A stretch of DNA of 32,000 bases from Chloroflexota bacterium (GTDB taxonomy: Bacteria > Chloroflexota > Dehalococcoidia > Lucifugimonadales > Australimonadaceae), in assembly GCA_002719775.1 (NCBI GenBank), contig PBEP01000015.1:36973-68972 (forward strand). Reading direction: 5' to 3'. Position 1 is the first letter of the stretch. Each line of letters begins with the position of its first letter. Position numbers and translations under genes: made by a program. The notes beneath the pieces were generated by a model. It saw only the letters and a list, made by a program, of their open reading frames with translations. It had not been told where the DNA came from and did not search any database. Positions 14,200 through 22,487 of the stretch are shown piece by piece.

Positions 14200-15885
14200 T
14201 TATTTTGTCATCTTTACTAATATTTCCCGAACAAGTGATTGGTCTATTCCACGATAAAGCGAAGAACTGCCAACCCCGTCCAAAATAACCCATGAGATCT
14301 CACCTGCTTCAGATTTTTTATCGAGTTTAATGGCTTCTAAGATTTGCTCAACAGAAACATTACTAAAAGCTATTGGAAGGTTAAATTCTGCGAGTAATGA
14401 ATTTTGCCGCTCAAGTATCGCGGGATCAGTTTTACCCACCGCCATTCCCAAATTCCCTGCGGCAACCATGCCAATTGACACAGCCTCTCCATGTAAATAC
14501 ACCCCATAACCTGCAGCTGTCTCAATAGCATGCCCAACAGTGTGTCCATAATTTAGAAGAGTTCGAAGCCCACTCATTTCTCGTTCATCTTCAGAAACTA
14601 AACGAGCTTTAAGAGCGACATTTAGTGAAATAATCTTCGTAGTAATTTCAGGTGAGAGATCCAAAAGCTCTTTTACGTGAGTTTCATATAACTCAACCAA
14701 ACCCTTATCTAAAGCGAATCCATGCTTCAAAGCCTCTGCCCAGCCCTGCCCTAATTCTCGTCTTGGGAGGGTCAATAGAGCAGAAACATCTGACAAAACA
14801 AACTTTGGAGGGTAAAAAGCGCCTACTAAGTTTTTCGCATGTGGTAAATCAACAGCTGCCTTGCCACCAATGCTGGAATCAACCATAGCAGTTAAGGTAG
14901 TAGGAATATGAACCATCGCTATTCCACGAAGGTAAGTAGCGGCAACAAAGCCAGCTAGATCTCCTGCTACACCACCACCAACCGAAACAATCACATCTCT
15001 TCGCTCAACCTTAAGTTCTGCCATCCAGTCGAAAACTTTTCTGACTGTATCCAAATTTTTACTTTTTTCTCCTGAAGGAAAAACAAATAAATGTGCTTTT
15101 ATACCAGATTTGTGCATGGAACGTTGGGCCGCTCTACCATAAGGATGTAGAACGCTTTGGTCACACAAAATAAACGCCCTTCCGTTAAAACCTGAACTAG
15201 TAAGTTGAGGACCTAATTCTTTCTCAAGAATCCCCCAGCCCACAAAGATCGGGTAAGAACCAGCAGACGTCATTACAGTAGCCGCTAAGTAATTATTTTC
15301 AACGGGATGGATCTTTTCACTCAAACGATGAGTAAACCTGATGATCTCTTGAGCTACTTGTTCTGTAGAAAGATAATCTGTAGATACAATCCAATGTGCC
15401 TTGGAATATGCCCATTGACGATCATTTTTAATATTTTCTATTTTACTAAGTGAAACTACACCATCTTCAGAGGCGAGTAGTGGTCTTTGCATTTTCTCAG
15501 GTGTATCGTTATTTTTTGAAGATTCAGAAAAATCAATGGCTCTACTGAGCCTTGAAAGGATAGTCTCCGATTGAGCTTCCAAGCAAACACAAAGTCCGCT
15601 ATAAAGCATGTTTTCTCTAGACTGCTGATCTATAAAAGCGCCCCCTCCAGTGGCGATTACTACATTTTCTCGTTTTGAGAGCTCATTAATTATTTCTTTC
15701 TCGTATTCTCGAAAGCCTTTTTCGCCTTTATTAGCAAAAATCTTCTTAATTCCCTGGCCGACAGTTTCGACAATTAATTCATCAGAATCTACAAAGTCCC
15801 ATCGAAGAAGAGAAGCAAGTCGTCGGCCCACAGCAGTTTTTCCTGTTCCAGAAAAACCAACTAGGAATATTCTTGAAGAACTCAT
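14200..15885 (-). CDS. aroKB: Bifunctional shikimate kinase / 3-dehydroquinate synthase (AroK-AroB fusion)
   Basis: The N-terminus IFLVGFSGTGKTAVGRRLA...DSD is the AroK P-loop. The C-terminal ~360 aa carry VSVGGGVAGDLAGFVAATYLRGI...NYGHTVGHAIE, which are AroB motifs. Confidence 0.9.
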   Translation of the reverse strand: MSSSRIFLVGFSGTGKTAVGRRLASLLRWDFVDSDELIVETVGQGIKKIFANKGEKGFREYEKEIINELSKRENVVIATGGGAFIDQQSRENMLYSGLCVCLEAQSETILSRLSRAIDFSESSKNNDTPEKMQRPLLASEDGVVSLSKIENIKNDRQWAYSKAHWIVSTDYLSTEQVAQEIIRFTHRLSEKIHPVENNYLAATVMTSAGSYPIFVGWGILEKELGPQLTSSGFNGRAFILCDQSVLHPYGRAAQRSMHKSGIKAHLFVFPSGEKSKNLDTVRKVFDWMAELKVERRDVIVSVGGGVAGDLAGFVAATYLRGIAMVHIPTTLTAMVDSSIGGKAAVDLPHAKNLVGAFYPPKFVLSDVSALLTLPRRELGQGWAEALKHGFALDKGLVELYETHVKELLDLSPEITTKIISLNVALKARLVSEDEREMSGLRTLLNYGHTVGHAIETAAGYGVYLHGEAVSIGMVAAGNLGMAVGKTDPAILERQNSLLAEFNLPIAFSNVSVEQILEAIKLDKKSEAGEISWVILDGVGSSSLYRGIDQSLVREILVKMTK

Positions 15886-15890
15886 AAGAC

Positions 15891-17114
15891 CTAGATTCCG
15901 TCTTCTAATTTGATAGAGTGAGGGCCTATGGAGGATATATAGTGATCGTAATTACTCCTTGTCTCATCAATATGATCACCACCGAATTTCTCTAGGAATA
16001 ATTTTGACAATACGAAAGCAACCATAGCTTCTCCAATCACTCCACACGCAGGCACAAAAGTAATGTCACTTCTCTCATAGTGGGCATTTACTGGCAAACC
16101 ATTAGTTAAATCAACTGATGGAAGTGGTTTAATCATAGTCGCTATAGGTTTCACTACAGCCCGCATAACGATTGGTTCACCGTTAGACATTCCCCCTTCC
16201 AAGCCACCTGCATTGTTGGAGTTCCTTTGCCAAGGCCTGACATTACCTTTATCATCTTCCACCCATTCTTCCATTGGGTTGATTACATCTTGAGCTTCAT
16301 GGCCAGAGAGATTAGCTAACAAAAATCCAGAACCAAACTCGACCCCTTTTACAGCATTAATGCTAGATAAGGCGGCTGACAATTGTGTAGAAAGCTTCCT
16401 ATCCCATTGAATATGCGTACCAATTCCTATGGGGACTCCAGTAGCCACAATTTCAAAAATGCCTCCCAAGCTAGTTCCTTTTTCACGAGCTTCATCAATC
16501 GCCTTAACCATTAACATGCCTATTTGATGGTCTGCACACTTAACAGGAGACTCTTCAACCAACTTCCAATCTATTGGTTGATTATTATCAGTTGAAACTC
16601 CACCGATATTCAGAACATGGCTGTGTATCTCTATCCCAAACTCACTAAGAAACTTTCTGCATATTGCGCCAACAGCAACGCGGGAGGCACTTTCTCTTGC
16701 ACTAGATCTTTCGAGGATGTTTCTGGCATCAAGTTGATTGTACTTAGTAATACCAGGTGTATCTGCATGTCCCGGACGAAGTCGATGAATAGGCGTAAAG
16801 TCAGCATTCGTGAATTCTTTGGACATTGTTTCTGTCCAAGGCTTCGCATCCGGGCCCTTACCCGTAAAATGATCTTTATTTTCTATCAAAAGAGAGATCG
16901 GACTTCCTATAGTTCGTCCATGCCTAACACCAGATTGAATGACAGCATAATCTGTCTCAATCTTCATTCGCCCGCCCCTGCCATGCCCCTGTTGGCGACG
17001 AGCAAGATCACTTCGAATAGCATCTTCAGTAATTTCGAGGCCAGCGGGTATTCCCTCTAAAACAGAAACCAATCCAGGGCCATGTGATTCACCAGCAGTT
17101 ATAAAGCGAAGCAT
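15891..17114 (-). CDS. aroC: Chorismate synthase
   Basis: MLRFITAGESHGPGLV...RPGHAD...GGRSSARE-like (ILERSSARESASRV) motifs. Confidence 0.95.
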   Translation of the reverse strand: MLRFITAGESHGPGLVSVLEGIPAGLEITEDAIRSDLARRQQGHGRGGRMKIETDYAVIQSGVRHGRTIGSPISLLIENKDHFTGKGPDAKPWTETMSKEFTNADFTPIHRLRPGHADTPGITKYNQLDARNILERSSARESASRVAVGAICRKFLSEFGIEIHSHVLNIGGVSTDNNQPIDWKLVEESPVKCADHQIGMLMVKAIDEAREKGTSLGGIFEIVATGVPIGIGTHIQWDRKLSTQLSAALSSINAVKGVEFGSGFLLANLSGHEAQDVINPMEEWVEDDKGNVRPWQRNSNNAGGLEGGMSNGEPIVMRAVVKPIATMIKPLPSVDLTNGLPVNAHYERSDITFVPACGVIGEAMVAFVLSKLFLEKFGGDHIDETRSNYDHYISSIGPHSIKLEDGI

Positions 17115-17201
17115 TTATTATCACCGAAAGTAAAACTTAACCGCATAATCAACAAAGGTGCAGTCAATCAAATTGTACACCAGTCAGAACATCATCAGAA
17201 C

Positions 17202-18068
17202 TTAAACAGGTGCAAATGAGGCAGAATCTAACTCGCTACTAATGGCATCTATGTCGGGTTGAATCATAAATCCCTCCCGGAAAACTTTTTGTTCTGGAAT
17301 TTCAAATGGTGCTTTTCCTATCAAATGCACTTTCCCTTTATCTAAACATAATGCAGTCCATGCACAAATCGCTGAATCCAACTGAGCTTCTGTAATCAAG
17401 GGACCACTGATGAAATCAACACCTGCATTCTGTAAGACTTCTGCCCTCATACGTCTTCCCTCAAGGCTATTCCTAGCTGCAAGTGGGGCTCTTGCCGTTG
17501 ATCTCCATGCAATCTCCGGGCAAACTTCAATAAGGTTTGATTCGCCCACAGAAGTATCGTTTAGGCCAAGTAATCGGAAGCGCGCACCGCTGGATACAAG
17601 GTTGTGATAAAGGGCTATGCTACTTTTGCACAACGTTGCTTCAGTCGTATTCAATCCATCAACAGAATATGGAGTTTTAAGAGAAGAATGGGTTTTTTGT
17701 TCACACTCTCTTGCCACTGAATTTACCTCTGCTGCTAAACCTTGAGGGCCAGCAATAGCTAATAAAAATGGTTTTCCTAATGCAGAGTTAGGCAAAATCC
17801 CGAGTCCATCTTCTCTTAAATCCCATGTGGAAAAATGGCAACGAAGTTGGTTATCCAATGTTGCAATAGAGCATGAGGTTTTTGGTCCTAAAGGCGTATC
17901 AACGAAACTGACACCTACATAAGCTTTATTGATTCCAGTTTCCTTATCTCTTTGTTCCCCTAATCTTCGCAAACGTCTGCGGCGCCATTTAGCGACATAC
18001 CGAGCCGTTACTGCCCCAGCTACAATGGCAGCACCCATCGCTTGATATCTACGAGGAGGTAGTCTCAC
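17202..18068 (-). CDS. DUF429-like (predicted RNase H-fold) protein with an Arg-rich and hydrophobic N-terminal extension
   Basis: The C-terminal half, EVCPEIAWR...ARNSLEGRRMRAEVLQNAG...AQLDSAICAWTALC, follows the DUF429 pattern (E.HPE..F.....K.T.EGR..R..LL......D.LDA...A.TA). The GTG start overlaps the ruvX stop (GTGA). The family call is by eye. Confidence 0.5.
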   Translation of the reverse strand: MRLPPRRYQAMGAAIVAGAVTARYVAKWRRRRLRRLGEQRDKETGINKAYVGVSFVDTPLGPKTSCSIATLDNQLRCHFSTWDLREDGLGILPNSALGKPFLLAIAGPQGLAAEVNSVARECEQKTHSSLKTPYSVDGLNTTEATLCKSSIALYHNLVSSGARFRLLGLNDTSVGESNLIEVCPEIAWRSTARAPLAARNSLEGRRMRAEVLQNAGVDFISGPLITEAQLDSAICAWTALCLDKGKVHLIGKAPFEIPEQKVFREGFMIQPDIDAISSELDSASFAPV

Positions 18069-18484
18069 AGGGCATAGCTCCTTTGTGAATCCAGAAAAGC
18101 CTGAAGCAATATTGATGCAGCTACTGCATCTTCAATGCCTTTTTGAATTTTTCCTGAACCTGCTTCTCGTAAACGCCTGTTTGCTTCAACTGTAGTCAAC
18201 CGCTCATCCCATGTTTGAATATCTATAGTTGATTGCTTTTTCAAAAGATCTATGAATTGTAAAGTCGCTTCAGCCTGTTGACCTTTTTTACCGTTCATTG
18301 AAATTGGCATCCCGATGACGAGTTGTCCAATTTGGTTTTTTTTAATTTGTGAAAGAATCGCAGATATATCAGCTTTTTCATCTTTCCGAAATATAACGTC
18401 TGAAGGAAACGCGAACCCAGTAATTGAATCGCCAATAGCTATTCCAATTCTTCTAGATCCTAAATCGAGGCCCATGATTCGCAT
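18065..18484 (-). CDS. ruvX: YqgF/RuvX-family nuclease (pre-16S rRNA processing / Holliday junction resolvase-like)
   Basis: MRIMGLDLGSRRIGIAIGD...GMPISMNG...DERLTTVEA are YqgF motifs. The position downstream of alaS is conserved in many bacteria. Confidence 0.85.
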   Translation of the reverse strand: MRIMGLDLGSRRIGIAIGDSITGFAFPSDVIFRKDEKADISAILSQIKKNQIGQLVIGMPISMNGKKGQQAEATLQFIDLLKKQSTIDIQTWDERLTTVEANRRLREAGSGKIQKGIEDAVAASILLQAFLDSQRSYAL

Positions 18485-18495
18485 ATTCGTTAACC

Positions 18496-21240
18496 TTAGC
18501 CAGAAATTAATTTCTCGGCTTCATCAAGAGCATTTGCCAATAAAGCGGCGTCTTTCCCTCCAGCCTGAGCTACGTCACTTCTCCCTCCGCCACCACCACC
18601 AATAATTTTTGAAGCGGTTTTTACTATTTCACTTGCGCTATAACCCTTCTCTACCCAATCCTTGCTAACCATAATAATCAAAAATGGCTTACCATTAATC
18701 AGGGATCCAAGGATCACAATCCCACTTTTTATTTTATCTCGGATTAAATCTCCAATTTTACGCATTGTTTCAATGTCTGGAGTATTAGCAATTCCTTTAA
18801 CTATAGAAATTCCATTAATTACTCTAGTTTCCAAAAGTAGCTTTTCAGCCTCGTCACGCGATAACTCTTTCTGCTGATTCATGCTTTGGCGTCGCGATTG
18901 GTCAACTTCCAAAAGCAAATTTTCTAACTTCCCCATTATTTCATTTGGGTTTGAGCTAAGCTTTTCTGTAACCTTGGAAAGTAGATTTAGTTGACCCTCT
19001 AACCATCGATCTGCGCCGGAACCTGTTACTGCCTCCAACCTGCGAATTCCAGTTCCCAGTCCACTTTCAGAAGTGATATGGAAAAGTCCAATTTGCCCTG
19101 TCCTATTCACATGCGTACCTCCGCATACTTCGTAGGAAAACTCTTCGCCACCATTGCCTATTTGCAAAGTTCTTACATTTTCTGGGTAACGATCTCCAAA
19201 GAAAGCAAGTGCTCCTTTTTCGAGCGCTTCTTTATATGCAATTTCTGATTTTTCGCATAGCAAATCTGCGCGAATTCGACCATTAACTAAATACTGGATT
19301 TCGCTTATTTGTTCCGTTGTAAGTGGACGAAAATGAGTAAAATCGAACCTCAGTCTATCAGGTGTAACTAATGAACCAGCCTGACGAACATGAGCTCCCA
19401 ATACACCTCTCAAAGCTGCATGCAACATATGTGTAGCAGTATGGTTCCTAGCAGTATCTTGTCGGCGTTGAACTTCCACGCCCATTTGAATCAAATCATT
19501 CTTCTTAAGAGTTCCTCTTGTTACTTGAATATCATGAACAATTAACCCTGGCAGTGGCCTCTTGGTATCTGTAACTATTCCCGAATATCCTTCGCCTTCT
19601 ATCCAGCCAACATCTCCTACTTGCCCTCCTCCTTCAGGGTAAAAACAAGTATCAGAAGTAATGAGTTCTCCAATTTTACCTTCTGTAATGCTGAGCACAG
19701 GCACACCATCCGCTAGCAAACCTTCTACCTGCGAATTGATTTCTAATTTCTCATAACCTTGAAAATTCACAGCTAGTGCTGTTAATTCTTCATACTTCCT
19801 TAAATCCTCACGGTCTGTAAGAAATGAACCGGCAGCTGCCCTTCCGCGCTCACGTTGGGTTTCCATTTCAACTTCAAAACTAGCTATATCCACACCCATA
19901 CCATGTTCTTTTGCCAGTTCGATAGTTAATTCCAGTGGAAATCCAAAAGAATCAAAAAGGTAGAAAGCCTCTGGCCCTGAAATGAAAAGACGGAATTTCT
20001 CGATTCCTTCTTTGGATTCAATTTGGTCAAGAATAGAGGTTTTAACTCCATCTGATATTCGATCTGAAAGACTCTGTACTTGAAATTGGATTTCCTCATT
20101 TGAAGAATCACGAAGTGGAATCAGAAAACCCTCTAGTATAGGAAGGCCTTGAGCTAGTGCTTGTGAGAATCTACCTTCTTCTTGTTTTAATGTTTCAATG
20201 ACAAAACTTGATCTTTCATTAAGCTCGCCATAATGGGGGCTCATAATTTCTATTATGCTTTCAGCAACCGATATCATTGTTTCAGATGGGGCATTTACCT
20301 GACGTGCATATCTCAGTGCCCTTCTTATCAATCTACGTAAAACATAACCACGAGCTTCATTAGATGGTGTGACCCCGTCAGCAATCAAAAACAAGGCTGC
20401 TCTTGTATGTTCAGCTATGACCCTAATCGCGTAATCAGTTTTTACATCAACTCCATATACAACCGATGTGAGGTTTTCAATGGTTCTGACCACAGGCCTT
20501 AACAGATCTGTTTCATATGCAGAGTTAACAGATTGCATTACTGCAGTAATGCGCTCTAATCCCATGCCTGTATCAATGCTCGGCGCAGGAAGCAATGTTC
20601 TTTCACCTTGAATACTTTGATAAAACTGTACGAAAACCAGATTCCAAATCTCTAAAAACCGATCCCCTGAGTTTTCATCACCTACCTTGCAACCCGGTGC
20701 GTATTGCTCACCGTAATCAAAATGTATTTCGCTACATGGCCCGCAACGGCCTTCTGCACCTGCGGGTCCCCAGAAATTATCTTCTTCACCAAGTCTAACT
20801 ATACGATCAGAGGGTATTCCAATTTCTTCCGCCCAAATACCGAAAGCCTCGTCATCATCTAGGAAAATAGTTATCCATAAACGCTCAGGAGGTATCGCTA
20901 AATTCTTTGTAAGGAATTCCCAAGCCCAAAAAATGGCTTCGCGTTTGAAATAATCACCTATGCTGAAATTACCCAGCATTTCAAAAAATGTGTTGTGACT
21001 TAAATCTCCTACAGCGTCTATATCTGTTGTCCTAAAGCATTTCTGGATAGAAGTTAGTCGCGGATTGCTAGGGATTTCGTCACCAGTGTAATAGGGCTTG
21101 AACTGAACCATTCCAGCATTTGTTAGCAACAAACTAGGGTCTGAGGCAGGAATTAAAGAAGAGCTTGGAACAACTAAATGTCCTCGCTCTTCGAAAAAAC
21201 GCAAGAATTCCGATCTAATTTCTTCAGCAGTAATAGTCAT
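18496..21240 (-). CDS. alaS: Alanine--tRNA ligase
   Basis: 914 aa. EIRSEFLRFFEERGHLVVPSSSLIP...FEMLGNFSIGDYFK...the editing-domain HTATHMLHAALR...CGGTHV, and a C-terminal GGGGG DHHA1 region. Confidence 0.97.
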   Translation of the reverse strand: MTITAEEIRSEFLRFFEERGHLVVPSSSLIPASDPSLLLTNAGMVQFKPYYTGDEIPSNPRLTSIQKCFRTTDIDAVGDLSHNTFFEMLGNFSIGDYFKREAIFWAWEFLTKNLAIPPERLWITIFLDDDEAFGIWAEEIGIPSDRIVRLGEEDNFWGPAGAEGRCGPCSEIHFDYGEQYAPGCKVGDENSGDRFLEIWNLVFVQFYQSIQGERTLLPAPSIDTGMGLERITAVMQSVNSAYETDLLRPVVRTIENLTSVVYGVDVKTDYAIRVIAEHTRAALFLIADGVTPSNEARGYVLRRLIRRALRYARQVNAPSETMISVAESIIEIMSPHYGELNERSSFVIETLKQEEGRFSQALAQGLPILEGFLIPLRDSSNEEIQFQVQSLSDRISDGVKTSILDQIESKEGIEKFRLFISGPEAFYLFDSFGFPLELTIELAKEHGMGVDIASFEVEMETQRERGRAAAGSFLTDREDLRKYEELTALAVNFQGYEKLEINSQVEGLLADGVPVLSITEGKIGELITSDTCFYPEGGGQVGDVGWIEGEGYSGIVTDTKRPLPGLIVHDIQVTRGTLKKNDLIQMGVEVQRRQDTARNHTATHMLHAALRGVLGAHVRQAGSLVTPDRLRFDFTHFRPLTTEQISEIQYLVNGRIRADLLCEKSEIAYKEALEKGALAFFGDRYPENVRTLQIGNGGEEFSYEVCGGTHVNRTGQIGLFHITSESGLGTGIRRLEAVTGSGADRWLEGQLNLLSKVTEKLSSNPNEIMGKLENLLLEVDQSRRQSMNQQKELSRDEAEKLLLETRVINGISIVKGIANTPDIETMRKIGDLIRDKIKSGIVILGSLINGKPFLIIMVSKDWVEKGYSASEIVKTASKIIGGGGGGRSDVAQAGGKDAALLANALDEAEKLISG

Positions 21241-21296
21241 GGTCAGATTTTACCCAGATAACTCTTGTCCATTTAAGGTGTTCTAGTGTAACTTGG

Positions 21297-21518
21297 ATGC
21301 ACTTCATGAGTATGTCTATAGAAAGTTCACAAAGAAAGCACCAGAGATCAGTCTATGCGCTCCTAATTGCGCTAGGCCTGATAGCTGCTGCCATATCAGG
21401 TTCTGTAATTACATACATATCCTATGAATACATTACCAGGCCTGAGTTGCGTGACCCGATTCCTCACGAAAGCCCCACTCACCATAGCTCACTACCGGAC
21501 TATACTATTCTTTCATAG
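21297..21518 (+). CDS. Hypothetical small membrane protein (one predicted TM helix)
   Basis: Only an ORF plus a hydrophobic stretch (VYALLIALGLIAAAISGSVITYI) in an otherwise empty 325-nt gap. There is no clear ribosome-binding site. Confidence 0.25.
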   Translation: MHFMSMSIESSQRKHQRSVYALLIALGLIAAAISGSVITYISYEYITRPELRDPIPHESPTHHSSLPDYTILS

Positions 21519-21565
21519 TGTCCATACTTTATTTTCTCAATCTCGCTATGCAGATAGGAGAGACT

Positions 21566-22486
21566 ATGAACGTGCTAGTAATGGGCTCAGGAGCTGTTGG
21601 CAGCTATTATGGTGCAATTCTTGCTAAATCTGGGCATACGGTGAACTTTGTTGTTCGTGGTGATCACTTCCGCGCAATTAAGGCACAAGGGTTAACCGTT
21701 GAGAGCCAGGATGCCAAAGCGTATACCATAAAGGTAAATATTTCTCACAAGCCTGACCCAACCATACCCTTTGACCTGATTCTATTTACAGTGAAGGCTT
21801 ATGACACGCATGATGCAGTAAAAAGCATGCTTGGTTCAATTTCAGACAACACTTCAATTCTCACATTGCAAAATGGCTTTGAATCGGGTCAGGAAATTCA
21901 ATCATTAATTCAAAAGGGAACAGTACTCGAGGGGCCTGCCTACACTGTTTGTACGATTAGAAGCCCAGGTGTAGTTCAACAAATTGGGAATGTGAACAGT
22001 TTGCTACTAGGGCCAGTTGATCCTAAAGATCTCGATAAAGCAGGCACATTAACTAAGCAGCTATCAGATTCAGGTTGGCCGATTGAGCTCACTAATTTTC
22101 CACAAAGAGAACTCTGGTCAAAATTAGTTTTCCTTGGGCCATTGGCTGGGCTTACTTCCATCGTTCCATTGACCGCTGGGGAGATCAGGGCCAATGCCCA
22201 CACTCTGAAAACAATAGAAGACATGATGGGTGAATATGCCGCCGTAGGTAATGTTTGCGGAGCCAATCTCGCAAGTGATGTAGTTGGCCAGTCAATCAAA
22301 ACTCTGCACCGTTATCCTGCAAACGGATCCACTTCAATGGCAAAGGATTGGAATTCTGGTAAAAAAACGGAAATTGAGGCTTTACTAGGTTCCGTAATTA
22401 GAAAAGCAAAGGATCATCGCATAGATATGCCTATTACAAGCTCTATATACGGACTTTTGACCTCCACTGCCAGAATAAATAAGTAA
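21566..22486 (+). CDS. panE: 2-dehydropantoate 2-reductase family (ketopantoate reductase, ApbA/PanE)
   Basis: MNVLVMGSGAVGSYYGAILAKSGHTVNFVVRG is the Rossmann N-terminus typical of PanE, and the C-terminal domain has STSMAKDWNSGKKTEIE (family pattern S..QD...GR.TE.). ATG 21566 follows GGAG (21557..21560). Confidence 0.8.
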   Translation: MNVLVMGSGAVGSYYGAILAKSGHTVNFVVRGDHFRAIKAQGLTVESQDAKAYTIKVNISHKPDPTIPFDLILFTVKAYDTHDAVKSMLGSISDNTSILTLQNGFESGQEIQSLIQKGTVLEGPAYTVCTIRSPGVVQQIGNVNSLLLGPVDPKDLDKAGTLTKQLSDSGWPIELTNFPQRELWSKLVFLGPLAGLTSIVPLTAGEIRANAHTLKTIEDMMGEYAAVGNVCGANLASDVVGQSIKTLHRYPANGSTSMAKDWNSGKKTEIEALLGSVIRKAKDHRIDMPITSSIYGLLTSTARINK

Positions 22487-22487
22487 G

